A stretch of DNA of 63,948 nucleotides, filler included, from Octopus bimaculoides (GCF_001194135.2; 6 parts of 6 records of this genome joined end to end with filler, not necessarily neighbours in it), one strand, 5' to 3'; positions 1 through 13,125 are shown, counted from the whole stretch's first letter. Numbers and translations: made by a program. Notes: generated from the sequence alone by a model not told the origin.

Positions 1-109
<109 letters not shown>

Positions 110-1979
110 CAAAAGGATGTGTTATAATACTATTCCACAATCATACCAACACTCCACTAATACTATTCCATATATACAAAAACAGCCATGCCAACAGTCC
201 AAGATACTTCCATCATCAGCTGCCCCACGGATATCATTAGGGTTTCGACACCTGGGCTGTACCATTCAGTCCGGCGGTGTTAACAGCACTAAAATAAGTG
301 TTTTTTGGGGAACAAACAAACCAAAGAAACCATGTTTCAAAAACATTTACCCAATGTCCAACCGTATCAATAAATAAATTCCATTATTAAATTACTATCC
401 CTCCTAAATACGTAACTAAACAGCGACAACTCTATTAAGTCATATAAAATTATAATCTCTACCTTCATCCGTAGTTTAATATAAAAGTAAAAGCTTAATA
501 ACTACAGTATTTCAATCAATCAATATATAAGCAGAATTAAACACTAACTTTCATAAAACTATATAAATATATATATATATACAATATAAATAAAAATATA
601 TATAAGCATATGTACATACATATATGTACTTACTGACATATATATGTGTATATATATGCATATATGGGTACATGATATCACAAAACGTAATCTACATGAA
701 ATACGGAAACATGAAAACCGAAATACCGAAAACAACATGAAATACGAAGAGAAACATTTTTTGCGAACAACAAGAGAAACAAATTTGAAACAAGACAAGT
801 AACACGAGGAACAACTATTCATCGTTTGTCGGCTAAGCCAGACGGAGTACGGTGGTGAACGCTGAGGAACATTCTTTGACAGGAGAAAAGGTAGGAGAGG
901 AGACAGACAGTAGTACGTCTGGTCAGTGCAACAGACTGGAAGAAAAGAAAGAAGAACAGGTGTGGAAAAAGACATATATATATATATATATATANNNNNN
1001 NNNNNNNNNNNNNNNNNNNNNNNNNNNNNNNNNNNNNNNNNNNNNNNNNNNNNNNNNNNNNNNNNNNNNNNNNNNNNNNNNNNNNNNNNNNNNNNNNNNN
1101 NNNNNNNNNNNNNNNNNNNNNNNNNNNNNNNNNNNNNNNNNNNNNNNNNNNNNNNNNNNNNNNNNNNNNNNNNNNNNNNNNNNNNNNNNNNNNNNNNNNN
1201 NNNNNNNNNNNNNNNNNNNNNNNNNNNNNNNNNNNNNNNNNNNNNNNNNNNNNNNNNNNNNNNNNNNNNNNNNNNNNNNNNNNNNNNNNNNNNNNNNNNN
1301 NNNNNNNNNNNNNNNNNNNNNNNNNNNNNNNNNNNNNNNNNNNNNNNNNNNNNNNNNNNNNNNNNNNNNNNNNNNNNNNNNNNNNNNNNNNNNNNNNNNN
1401 NNNNNNNNNNNNNNNNNNNNNNNNNNNNNNNNNNNNNNNNNNNNNNNNNNNNNNNNNNNNNNNNNNNNNNNNNNNNNNNNNNNNNNNNNNNNNNNNNNNN
1501 NNNNNNNNNNNNNNNNNNNNNNNNNNNNNNNNNNNNNNNNNNNTTGAATATATATGTATGTATATATTTGAATATATATATATATATAAATATATATGTA
1601 CATATAAATATATAAGTAAATATATATATATATATATATATACATACATATATATGGATATATATACGAATATATATATATAGATATATATATAAAATTA
1701 TATATATACATATATATATAAAAAATGGAACAAGAACGTAACGGACGACAACACAAAGATACAGACAGATGGACGATACAGATACGGACAGGAAAACCAG
1801 AACGGAATATTCGTAGCTTTCTATTCAGCAATCAAGTTTCCAATCATCACTGCAGTCTCGGCCAGTTACATTTGAGACAGTTCACAATTTTCAATGTATT
1901 TATCTATCTACTTGTCTTCTGGGAAATAGAACACAAGTAGATACATAAATACATCCACACATTATGATATCAAAGAGAA

Positions 1980-1981
<2 letters not shown>

Positions 1982-2018
<37 letters not shown>

Positions 2019-2209
2019 AGAGAGAGAGACAGGAGAGAGAGAGAGAGAGGAGAGAGAGAGACAGGAGAGAGAGAGAGACAGGAGAGAGAGAGAGACAGGA
2101 GAGAGAGAGAGACAGGAGAGAGAGAGAGAGAGTAGTGCAAAAAGTGTGTGTTTGTGTGTGTTTGCATGTGTGTGAACCTGTGACATTTTGCGTCTCTTTC
2201 TAGACAGAC

Positions 2210-2264
<55 letters not shown>

Positions 2265-2270
2265 CAGGCA
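1982..2270. repeat. (AG)n/GAGACAG compound repeat followed by (GATA)n
   Basis: Directly visible. Confidence 0.95.
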
Positions 2271-2879
2271 GATATATCTATACATACATGTATAGATATG
2301 TGTAAACTGTAAATAGGGAGTAGAGTTTTATCTATATATATAATCAAACAAATTTTGAAATTGAAATCAAAAGTTGTTCAAACGTAATCTGCTTCGAACA
2401 AAATATATATATCTAATGAAATGAATAAATAAATCAAATTTTGAAATTGAAATAAAATTTTACTCAAAATGTGGAGGGATTTTTTTTTTATCGCGGGTGC
2501 CACTGACTTGCGAGGGTGCGCGCGTCCAGGAACAAAGTGCGGTTGTTATGGTAACAAGCTCTTAATGCCTTGCTGTCAGTTGATGGGCTAAAATTACCCA
2601 GATTTTCAAACTTTAATTCCAAATAACATTAGATTCTTAATTTTCGAGATAACGTAATTACCTGAGAATAATCAAAATTCAGAACTGCATCGATAGACCA
2701 AAATTGAAAACAACCTGAGCAAAATTAAAGGGTGCTAATTTTGTGAGTGAAACACAGAAGATCCAAATTGCCAATAACAGTCCATTTTTATCAATTTTTT
2801 CTTCGTGTTTTGTATACATATTATTTTGTATTTCTTTTGTGCTTATAAACTGCATTCATCATGAACCGGTGACAAAAAG

Positions 2880-4190
2880 TGGAAGCTACTCGCGCGAGAA
2901 TGAGGCTCTACAAGCAGAGTATAAGGGAAGAGCAAAGGCAGGAAGTCCTAGAGAGAGACAGGCAACGCCAGAAGCTGAGACGAGTGTAAATGGAGGATGA
3001 ACAACACGAGGAACCCCTGCAGCAAGATAGAAGGAGACAACAAATAAGACGAGAGAATGTGAATGAGGAACAGCTTGCATAGTACCACGAGCAGCAGAGA
3101 AACTTATCACAGCAAAGGAGAGAGAATATGAATAAGGAGCAGCGTGCACAGTACCACGAGCAGCAGAGAAAATTATTTCAGTAGAGAACATGAATTAGCA
3201 CGACGGGGTTATTTATCAGCAAAACCAAAGGGGAAGATATCGAGAAAGAGTTCAAAATATGAATGCTGATGAAATTGACAATTTAAGGAGCCATCAGATG
3301 CATCGACAGTGTGTGAGAAGACATAGGTCAGTGCTGAACAGAGCTATTGTTAATAAATCTCAACAATTTAACATGGGAGAATTGAACATTATATGTGAAT
3401 ATTGTTGTGCGCTAAGGTTTAGAAATGAAAATAACAGTTGTTGCCAAAATGGAAACGTGAACGTGCCTACATTGCAACCATATCCAGAGACCCTAAAATT
3501 TTTATTTGAGGGAAACGATCAAGAGTCCGTTTCATTCGGTAGAAATGTCAAAATTTTCAACTATATTTTTTCCTTTGCTTCATTTGGAGTCAAAATGGCA
3601 ACACCTTCAGGAAGGGGTCCATATTGCCTCTGCATTCAGGACCAAACTTACCACACGACGACAAACCTGCATCCTGCTAATGATCAACCCAGCCAGTTAT
3701 ACATTATTGAGGCGGATGAAGCACTGCAGCACAGTATGGATGCCCCTCAAAATTCTGAGTGTTCCCCTGTTACTATGAGAAAAATAAGAGATGTTATCCA
3801 CCAAATTAATCCTCATACAGAATTTTACAAGAACATGCATGCAGTTGAACAACAAGAAGAGGAGAGAGCCAGAAGAGACAATGTTCCAATACGGTGATAT
3901 GAGTTACGTCCGATATCAGGCGCTACAATTTCCCCCACCAGCACTGAAATAGCACTAGTGTTTGTTGGAGAAGAGTAGGGACATTATTGTGTATCCCAGA
4001 ACTGCTCCTCCTGAAAAAAATTTCTTACACGTCATGCCACTTGGATCCTATGAGCTACCCAATTCCCATGAGGAATTTGGATAGCATTCTGAGATGTAAC
4101 ATGTCGAGGAACGTCGGATACGTGTGCGTAATCGTACGACAATGCAAGAATACTACAGCTATCGTCTTGCTTTCAGACGTTTTATGACAG
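2880..4190 (+). mobile_element. Helitron Rep/helicase N-terminal fragment (decayed)
   Basis: ORF 3259-3897 has the CEYCCALRF..E...CC.NG.V.VP.L Zn motif, FSFASFG, GRGPY and QLYIIE, typical of the region upstream of the Helitron_like_N/Rep domain. Frameshifted continuation reads SYTSCHLDPMSYP and NRTTMQEYYSYRLAFR. Charged repeats lie upstream (gtaccacgagcagcagagaaa x2). No helicase part is present. Confidence 0.88.
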
Positions 4191-5029
4191 ACAGTTTTGA
4201 CTGTCCATGTTTATTGTAATTTTCATTTATCATTAGTATACATCTAATAAGCTGACCTGCCAATTTTTTATTCCAGAATGTAGAAGATGGTTGTAACAGT
4301 CTTTGAACACATTCCACGAAATACTTCTACTATATGTACTTTTAGACTTTCTTATTTTAATAGTTTTGTTATACATCTTTAATCATTTTTAATTGTGTAT
4401 ANNNNNNNNNNNNNNNNNNNNNNNNNNNNNNNNNNNNNNNNNNNNNNNNNNNNNNNNNNNNNNNNNNNNNNNNNNNNNNNNNNNNNNNNTATATATATAT
4501 TGTATGTTAGACAGATATGGCTATTTCGTTTAATGTTGCTTCAAGTGCTTACTACGGAGCTTTTATCTTCTTCCACCCAGGGAGTATTCACAATATCAAT
4601 CATTTGGAGACAACAAAATATGTCTAGGAATGTGGCTGAGAATACAGGACATTGAAAAGGCTGAAAAAAGTCGAAATGTATCTGGAGGGATGATTTTTTG
4701 TCTCCCTCCGATATGTATATTTTGTTTTGAACACAGTAAGTCAATATGAGTGCTTTTTTTGTATTTCGGACGAATAGCGCAGTGTCTTGGCTATGAATGG
4801 TGTATATATTTTGAGTATGATACGCAGATGTTTTTGTATATATTTGTATAGAAGCGTATCATAGATGTCTAACTATCGTACACTGCACATTGTTGTATAC
4901 AAGCAGAAAACCTATGCTTAGATACTACGCACACATGTGGGCGCGCTGAAAATGTGTGTACGTGCGCGTAGTTTAAAATAGATAGATAGATAGATAGACT
5001 TAAACCATTTATAGGTACTCTTAGGCATA

Positions 5030-5287
5030 CATCATCATCATCGTTTAACGTCCGCTTTCCATGCTAGCATGGGTTGGACGATTTGACTGAGGACTGGTGA
5101 AACCGGATGGTAACACCAGGCTCCAGTCTAATTTGGCAGAGTTTCTACAGCTGGATGCCCTTCCTAACGCCAACCACTCAGAGAGTGTAGTGGGTGCTTT
5201 TACGTGTCACCCGCACGAAAACGGCCACGCTCGTAATGGTGTCTTTTATGTGCCACCCGCACAAGCCAGTCCAGGGGCACTGGCAAC
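5030..5287 (-). mobile_element. Young retroposon family C (3' tail ...CCATGCTAGCATGG..GCGGACGTTAAAC(GAT)n)
   Basis: Near-identical to the copies at 31585, 33205, 33737, 36041, 47642, 49013, 53125 and 57169; 14-bp palindromic stem next to a (GAT)n tail; truncated by a gap. Confidence 0.9.
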
Positions 5288-5387
5288 NNNNNNNNNNNNN
5301 NNNNNNNNNNNNNNNNNNNNNNNNNNNNNNNTTAATTAATTAANNNNNNNNNNNNNNNNNNNNNNNNNNNNNNNNNNNNNNNNNNNN
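5288..5387. other. Artificial assembly spacer 44N-TTAATTAATTAA-44N
   Basis: Exactly 100 nt with a palindromic all-frame-stop linker at 5332-5343. Confidence 0.95.
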
Positions 5388-5442
<55 letters not shown>

Positions 5443-7225
5443 ATATAGCTCCTGCCATCTCTAATATAGGTCTATATAATCTGACCTATTGATTGTATGC
5501 AAGTTGTCTGAAGTTAACAAGAGAGGAAAAAAAAGATAACCCACCGCCACACACACAAACACTCATGTATGGAGAAGATAGACTCTTAATTTGATGGTGT
5601 CTTTCTTACATGAAGTAGTTTAATCTAGAGATTCAATATTTTGTTACAAGCCTGTGATCAGTTATCACTGGACAATTACGTTGTTCATGGCTTTGTTATG
5701 AATAAACTTTTGTACCTTTCCTAACTTGTTCATTGTTATTATTGTTTTATTATTGTTCTTACTGTTCTTTCTCTCCCACCAAGTCATCTCTGATTGAGTA
5801 AACATTCATGACATGAGCAACCAGTCTTGTTTCAAACATAGTGGACCAAGGACTATATTATTTGTCTTCACTTTTCTTTAAGATGGTATTATTCAAATTA
5901 AAAGAAATTTGGCTGTGATTTCCAACAGATCCAACTACCATGTGCAGGCCTCTTTCCTTAGCTCCTGTTGAAGCTGTTAATAAGAACAGGCAATAACAGA
6001 ATCACCAGAGCATCAGAGTGTCAGTGTGTCTTCCAGCAACTGACATTCAAAGTACAAGTCTCTGTTAAGATCAGCTTTGCATTTCTTCTTTCCAGATCTG
6101 ATATAATAAAGTGCCGGTGAAGCACCAGTTTGATATAGTTAATTGTTTCCCTCCCACTAAATTACTGAACTTCTGCCTAAATTAGAAACATTTGGCAGAA
6201 CTGTTGGAGCATAAGGAAAATTGTCTTGCAATATTTGTTTTGAAACTATGTTCTGAGTTGAAATCCTGCCATGGTCATCCTTCATCCCTTCAAGATCATA
6301 AACATAAAATATCTGTCAAATACTGAGGCTGAGGGCATCAATTGACCCCTTCCCCACATTTCAGGCCTTGTGCTTTTTGTAGAAATAATTAACAATAGTG
6401 AGCTGGCCAGACAAAATGCCGAGTGGCATTTCTTCTAGCTTTATGTTTTGAGTTCAAATTCCTCCAAGGTTAACTTTACCAGTCATTCTTTGGGAGTCGA
6501 TTAAATAAGTTCGAGCTGAGCACTAGAATCGATGTAATTGACAAACCACCTCTCATGAAACTTGCTGATCTTGTGCCCATAATAGAAAGGATTGTTATTC
6601 TTGCTGTTGCTTCAATTTTGATGGTGGAATGTCAAAAACTCTTGAACATCAGTTTTATTTTGTTCTGATTGTCTCTGTACTCAAGCCTAGGAATATTCTG
6701 ACCCATGACTTTAATATACAAGTAGTATACTTATTACAAAATAATTAAGCCATATTGGTGTATATCGGAACAATTGTAATGTATTTACAAAACATATAGT
6801 AAAATGCAGTAGTACACACAGGGTTGTGTTCATTTGTAGAAAGGATTTTAAAATCATTTAAAAATGTGTAATATTAAGAGCACTCAATTGAGAAGACGAA
6901 GAGGGAAGTGAGGATTCCAGGAAAGAAATGGGAACTTGCAAGGATTTAGATCTGTATTCCTATTTCTTTATACCGAATGATTTAGGGTACTTGCTATAAG
7001 ATTTTAAAGAAATTTTAATTTAGTCTTACATAGAAGTGTGACTGTGTAGTTAATTTCTCAAATCCATTTGGGTTCAGTCCCACTGCATGAGATTTTATTC
7101 AAGGGTCTTCTATAGCTTTAGGCCAACCAAATCCTTGTGAGTGGACTTGGTAAATGAAAACTTGAAGAAGCCTGTCATACACACACATGCACATATATAT
7201 TATGCATGCATGTATGAGATATCTA

Positions 7226-8210
7226 CACTATGTTTCAAATTATTAACGACGTAACATCTTTTTATTTTATTTAAAAACTACTCGTTGGAATTCAATGAAA
7301 TTTCCACAGAATGGTGGCAATGGTTATATGCGTGTGGTGTATAAAACACGTGAGGTTGCGTAAAACAACACAGAAGCTATGGCCTTTTACCTAAACTTTC
7401 ACTGTTTCAAATTATTAGCAAGGTGTAATAAAAACTCATGCAAACAAGAAAATACCAATTTAATTGTTTGGTGTACATACTGAAATTAACACAGTCATAA
7501 ACATGGAAGAAGTAGAAATAAATAAACAGCATTCAAAAATGATTGGTGAGCTGGTTAGTAAGGGCTATATGAACCTTCAATTGAAATAAGCTAGAAAAAG
7601 CGCTGGTCCATGAAACATGCTAATTTCGGGATCTCTTTTGATGTTATACTACGCTAAACATTCACTGCTTGCCACAGCTCATCATTGCTCCTAAATTGGC
7701 GTCAATTCTCGTAAACTCGTCACTTTAGAATACTCCACAAGTTTTCTATTGGGTTTAAGTCGGGGAAACAAACAAGACACTTCATCTTTCGAGGTCTATA
7801 GAAGCCTAATTGTTGCAGATAACTCTGTAGTTTTCTTCGCTGAGTGCGTGGACCCATTATCTTGCATCAATATTATGGTTGTCTTGAAGGCAAGGTTCAA
7901 GGTTCAAAGTGCTCCCTCAGAAAGGGTATGTAAGCATCTGCGGTCATTTTAACATAGGCACTTCCCAAGGACAACTATAATACCTGCCCAAATCATGATG
8001 CTTCCCCTCTTCCTGTTGGCGTTTCAAGCATTGATGACAATCTCGTCTATTTATAACTCATTCCTTGCTCCAACCATCAGGTCCATCAAGGGTAGCACGA
8101 GTTTCGTCCGTAAACAAAATTTTGAAGTCCACCTTCATATGTTCTGACGATTTTGTTTAAAGGAGGCCGCTGGTTTACCGACCATTTTCAGAAGACAACA
8201 TCGGGTAGTA
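7226..8210 (-). mobile_element. Tc1-like DD37E (TRT-type) transposon, 3' half, decayed
   Basis: Minus-strand translation across stops and frameshifts gives LFTDETRATLDGPDGW, IMIWAGII, LMQDNGSTHSAKKT, PDLNPIENLWSILK and RQFRSNDELWQA, with 37 residues between the second D and the E. Putative TIR TA|CACTATGTTTCAAATTATT at 7224 and an internal copy near 7400. Confidence 0.85.
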
Positions 8211-8220
8211 CAGTTCTATA

Positions 8221-8446
8221 TGGCGTAGTGGTTAAGAGCGCGGGCTACTAACGCCAAGATTCAGAGTTCGATTCCAAGCAGTGACCTTAATAATAATAAT
8301 AATAATAATAACATCAAAAAATACCCAGGTTCAAAATTTCCCCAAGACACCTGATGAAGGCTGGAGGGTATATCAGCCGAAACGTTGTTAGCAACAAACA
8401 AGATGAGGACAAATATCCGTCAAATGTAAATAATGTAAATAATGAA
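8221..8446 (+). mobile_element. tRNA-headed SINE with (TAA)n linker and hammerhead-like 3' part
   Basis: A box TGGCGTAGTGG and B box GAGTTCGATTCC, then (TAA)n, then CTGATGA-A-GGCTG..CAGCC-GAAAC at 8351-8383. Confidence 0.75.
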
Positions 8447-9536
8447 CATCATTATTGAATCAATTACGGTGACCTCCTAAAATGCCACAAAACCCTTTTT
8501 TGGGGTCTGGAAAACGGGGTGGAGTGGAACCCTCTGAAACTTCACTCCCACTCCCAACTTTTATGCAAATACGTTTTCCAGAGTGTGGATTACATGGTTC
8601 GTGATTAAATATATAGAAAATGTTAACGGGAGTGGCTGTGTGGTAAGTAGCTCGCTTACCNNNNNNNNNNNNNNNNNNNNNNNNNNNNNNNNNNNNNNNN
8701 NNNNNNNNNNNNNNNNNNNNNNNNNNNNNNNNNNNNNNNNNNNNNNNNNNNNNNNNNNNNNNNNNNNNNNNNNNNNNNNNNNNNNNNNNNNNNNNNNNNN
8801 NNNNNNNNNNNNNNNNNNNNNNNNNNNNNNNNNNNNNNNNNNNNNNNNNNNNNNNNNNNNNNNNNNNNNNNNNNNNNNNNNNNNNNNNNNNNNNNNNNNN
8901 NNNNNNNNNNNNNNNNNNNNNNNNNNNNNNNNNNNNNNNNNNNNNNNNNNNNNNNNNNNNNNNNNNNNNNNNNNNNNNNNNNNNNNNNNNNNNNNNNNNN
9001 NNNNNNNNNNNNNNNNNNNNNNNNNNNNNNNNNNNNNNNNNNNNNNNNNNNNNNNNNNNNNNNNNNNNNNNNNNNNNNNNNNNNNNNNNNNNNNNNNNNN
9101 NNNNNNNNNNNNNNNNNNNNNNNNNNNNNNNNNNNNNNNNNNNNNNNNNNNNNNNNNNNNNNNNNNNNNNNNNNNNNNNNNNNNNNNNNNNNNNNNNNNN
9201 NNNNNNNNNNNNNNNNNNNNNNNNNNNNNNNNNNNNNNNNNNNNNNNNNNNNNNNNNNNNNNNNNNNNNNNNNNNNNNNNNNNNNNNNNNNNNNNNNNNN
9301 NNNNNNNNNNNNNNNNNNNNNAGAAAATTTGAAATTGGGATTAATCCAATGATTTGACAGCAAAAAAGTAAGTAAATAAGTATTTCGTCTACATATACAT
9401 ACACACTCATATATATATATATATATATAAAGTGTAGTATATATATATATATATATAAAAGTATATTGTGTGTATTTTAAGCTGAAAATTTATTTTTTCT
9501 GAAAGCGTAGTGTAAGAGTGTGTATGTGTATGTAGA

Positions 9537-9580
<44 letters not shown>

Positions 9581-9594
9581 GTGTGTGTGTGTGA

Positions 9595-9900
9595 AGGCGC
9601 GTGGCTTAGTAGTTAGGGCATTGGGCTCACGATCGTAAGGTCGAGAATTCAATTCCCGGCGACGTGTTGTGTCCTTGAGCAAGATACTTTATTTGATGTT
9701 GCTCCAGTCCACTCAACTGGCAAAAATGAATAGTACCTGTATTTCAAAGGGCCAGCCTTGTCACACTGTGTCACGCTGAATCTCCCTGAGAACTACGTTA
9801 ATGGTTCACGTGTCCGTGGAGTGCTCAGCCACTTGCACGTTAATTTCACGAGCAGGCTGTTCTGTTGATCGTACCAGCTGGGACTACGAGGTCTTCTCAC
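9595..9900 (+). mobile_element. tRNA-derived SINE family A (middle module 2, tail module 1)
   Basis: tRNA-like head GGCGCGTGGCTTAGTAG, then gtgtccttgagcaag and cacttgcacgttaatttcacgagcagg blocks shared with other copies. Confidence 0.85.
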
Positions 9901-9952
9901 CTGAGGTCTTCTCATCACGAGGCTCTGAACAATGCGGTGAAACTGGCAAAGG

Positions 9953-10492
9953 TACTTGGAAGCGAAAAATTTGACGACATCACGCAAGAAGACGTCAACA
10001 ATCTTATCGATGCCCATTCTGAAACCCTGACGGACGAAGATTAGTTGGAATTAACGAAGTCCGCCAGCGAAGAGGAAGAAGCGCCAGATTCAGAGGAAGA
10101 GGAGGATGAGATGGGCCTGACAATCGAACGTCTGTCCGACCTTTTAAGGACAGCAAAGGAAGGTGGAAGCATAGGATTCCTATATGGTTCGTTCTCTCCA
10201 ATTTAAAAATGCCATCGATACTGCCATGCAAACATATAAAACTCTCCTCACCAGCAGGAAGAAACAATGACAGCAACTTCCCATCACAATGTGCCTCAAG
10301 CCCACTAAGAAAGCCTTGCAGGAGAATACGACAGCCCCTAAAACACCTGAAGAAGAGGCATCACCCGAAGAACTTTAAAATCTTCTTTGCTGTGCAATCA
10401 TTACCATCATTATTTTCATCATCATCATCGTCTTAAATCAATATCATTCATTATTGATGAGTAACCGTACATTTTAGTTTATTTTTTATTGA

Positions 10493-10554
<62 letters not shown>

Positions 10555-10674
10555 ATATTTTACGTTATATATTGACATTATAGGCATTTTAGGGACCACG
10601 TCCAATATTCGCGGTTTTTCATTATTCACGGGTGCTCTAGGAACGTAACCTCCGCGAATACCGAGGGACTACTG
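9953..10674 (+). mobile_element. Tigger/pogo transposon 3' end
   Basis: Translation FDDITQEDVNNLIDAHSETLTDED*LEL..EEEE..LTIERL..QLPIT matches the Tigger-type transposase C-terminus. The terminal inverted repeat ...CGCGAATACCGAGGGACTACTG is followed by TA at 10675-10676. Confidence 0.85.
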
Positions 10675-11658
10675 TATATGCATTCACTACGCCTTCAGAA
10701 AAATATTTTCAACTTAAAATACACACAATATAAATGTTAACATGCTATATATATTTAATAACAAACCATGCAATCCACACTCTGGAAAACGTATTTCTGT
10801 AAAATGTTGGGAGTGATGGGGAGGTGAAATTTTGAAGGGTTTCACACCACCCACTCTGTTTTCTGGATCAATAAAATGTTTTGTGGCATATTAGGAGGTC
10901 ACCGTAATTGATTCAATGAAAAAAATTCTAATGATTCCGGGAGGGGGGAGGGGGATCCGGTTTCCCACCCTCCACTTTTTTCCGAACAAAAGTAAGGGGT
11001 TTGCGGCATATTAAGAGGTCAGGGTACTTGATTCCACGCAAAAAAATCTGAGTTCCTTTTTCTTAGTGAAAATCGTGCGGGTAAAAGTATCAAAACATAA
11101 CAAATATATATATATGTTAATCCAATTGAAACAATTGTCGGATTTATGAGGTGAGATCTAAAATAAAGATATGATTTTCTTCGTACGTATTGTTTGCTTA
11201 CTCTGAATTTCTCAAAATTTTGCAAAAAGGTTAACCTGTCATGCACGAGGATTTACATGGGATATGTATTCTACTTACAATTACTGGTATCTGATTGTTG
11301 AACATTTGACCAAATTCCTTTAATACTGAGTGTCTAGATATTTTTTATCTCATTCTATCTTATATATATTTTTTTTCGTGCAGCTGAAGATTGCTCTTCA
11401 TATTGCATTTAAGGTAATGCTCACATTACTTAAATAAATTGAAGTAGCATGAAACGTGCGTACTGCAATCACTTTTGAAATCCGTGTTGCTTATTGTTTG
11501 ATTTTAATCACCCATCCTTTTGGGATGTGATATTCGGGTGCCTTCGCATAAGTACCATATTCAAGCCTTGAATCTATATATANNNNNNNNNNNNNNNNNN
11601 NNNNNNNNNNNNNNNNNNNNNNNNNNNNNNNNNNNNNNNNNNNNNNNNNNNNNNNNNG

Positions 11659-12100
11659 GTGTAATGTACAGAATTGAATATTGAGAAAAAATGTCGTGGA
11701 GATAGGAGATGTGGAACATGCAACAATATCAACAACTTCAAATACTTGGAAACTGGTTCCCACATAAAATTCAAGAGCAGATCCCATTTCAAAATAAATA
11801 CAGTTATGAACTGCAAAACGCAAAACCTCATATACTGCATTACCTGCCCAAACTGCAAAGAAAATTACATTGGCGAAACAAATAATTCCCTCTGCCAACG
11901 TGAAAGAATCCACAGGCAACATATCCAACAAGAAGAATTACTTAAGATTCCATTAAATAAGCATCTGGAAATACGCGGCGACGGAAAATGCAAAATTTTT
12001 CCCTTTACAAATGTGTACGGGACGACCCGCAATACCGAAAACCAATGGTACTACGTTTCATCAAATAATTCTCTCCAAAGTTGAATGTTTGAAAGAAAAG
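11659..12100 (+). mobile_element. Penelope-like element GIY-YIG endonuclease fragment
   Basis: ORF 11674-12084 has a Cys-rich linker (CRGDRRCGTC) followed by NLIYCITCPNCKENYIGET..L..R..HRQHI and HL, matching the PLE GIY-YIG with its Zn knuckle. Confidence 0.88.
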
Positions 12101-12409
12101 CAGAGACAAACTACACTGTATAAAAAAAAAACTCCCTCCAAAAATGAATGTTCGGAAGGGGTATATTATAAATATAACTCAAAGAGAAGAGAAAGAAAGA
12201 AAGGAGGGAAAAGGAAGGAGAAGAATAAAAGAAGAGAGATGGAAAGAAAGCAAAAGGACTTTCAGTAATGGCCAAACCACACTTGTTATTTTTTAAGTGG
12301 TCACCATCCTTAAACCCATTCCAATACAATGGTAAAGGAAAAAATAATCAAATAAATGAATGAATGATGAATAGGAAGGTGGATACCCCTTCTCTCTCTC
12401 TTTCCCTCT

Positions 12410-12411
12410 AC

Positions 12412-12480
<69 letters not shown>

Positions 12481-12500
12481 CATCTACCTACCTACCTATA
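12410..12500. repeat. (TATC)n tetranucleotide microsatellite
   Basis: Directly visible. Confidence 0.95.
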
Positions 12501-13018
12501 TTTATCCAACTCCATTGTCTTGGAACATCACCCCCTCCCCAAAAAAAAACAATGTTCTCTTCTAAACAACCTCCCCACTACCCCCAAAAACCATCTGTTT
12601 TATATAAATGAGCAAGCTGTTTGTACATTCACAAAATGGTATTTGACAAGTTTTAGAGAGGAACGAAAGTGCTAATAATAATGAAGAAATAAAAGGATTT
12701 TTTCCCAAAATTCTGGCGACTTTTTTCTCAATATATATACATGTATATATCAATATATCATGCATAATGCATATATATACTGTCGCCATCATTTTTGTAG
12801 CGCTTTGTAATATAATTTCTCTGTGGGCCATAATTGCAATAGACAAGTCCTGTACAAAACATCTTGCTCGTTAACTAATGCCATCGTATTCACCACAAAT
12901 TCTTGTATTTCTGTGAGGTCATTATTACGATGTTATTAAATTGAATTGCTTGCTTCGCTTCACTGGTGTATTGGATAGTTTTTTACACTTGGTTTATTGT
13001 TTAACAACTATTGGAAAT

Positions 13019-13125
<107 letters not shown>

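Larger units (their letters stand above)
8456..11100. mobile_element. Long foldback element with nested insertions
   Basis: 8456-8626 is the reverse complement of about 10736-10917, and 9461-9512 of about 10683-10731. The right end carries TCGTGCGGGT-N-AAAGTATCAAAACATAAC, related to the termini at 40836 and 40234. Confidence 0.7.

Noticed and set aside
181-260. Hammerhead from GAAAC and CTGATGA on the minus strand
   Set aside because: The order would require a type II topology, but no NUH triplet or stem I pairing could be built.
819-1831. Long ORFs spanning N gaps throughout the window
   Set aside because: They are artefacts of N runs and TA/CA microsatellites lacking stop codons.
5097-5339. 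Recurrent ORF MKPDGNTRLQS..AEFLQLDALPNANHSESVVGAF as a gene family
   Set aside because: It is the antisense translation of repeat family C and recurs only because the repeat does.
5332-5343. Recurrent TTAATTAATTAA palindrome (five copies) as a biological motif
   Set aside because: It is always centred in exactly 44+44 Ns, so it is an artificial scaffolding linker with stops in all six frames.
8221-8290. Genuine tRNA genes at SINE heads (also 43805, 55145, 56740)
   Set aside because: A and B boxes are present but there is no complete cloverleaf, and each continues into a SINE body.
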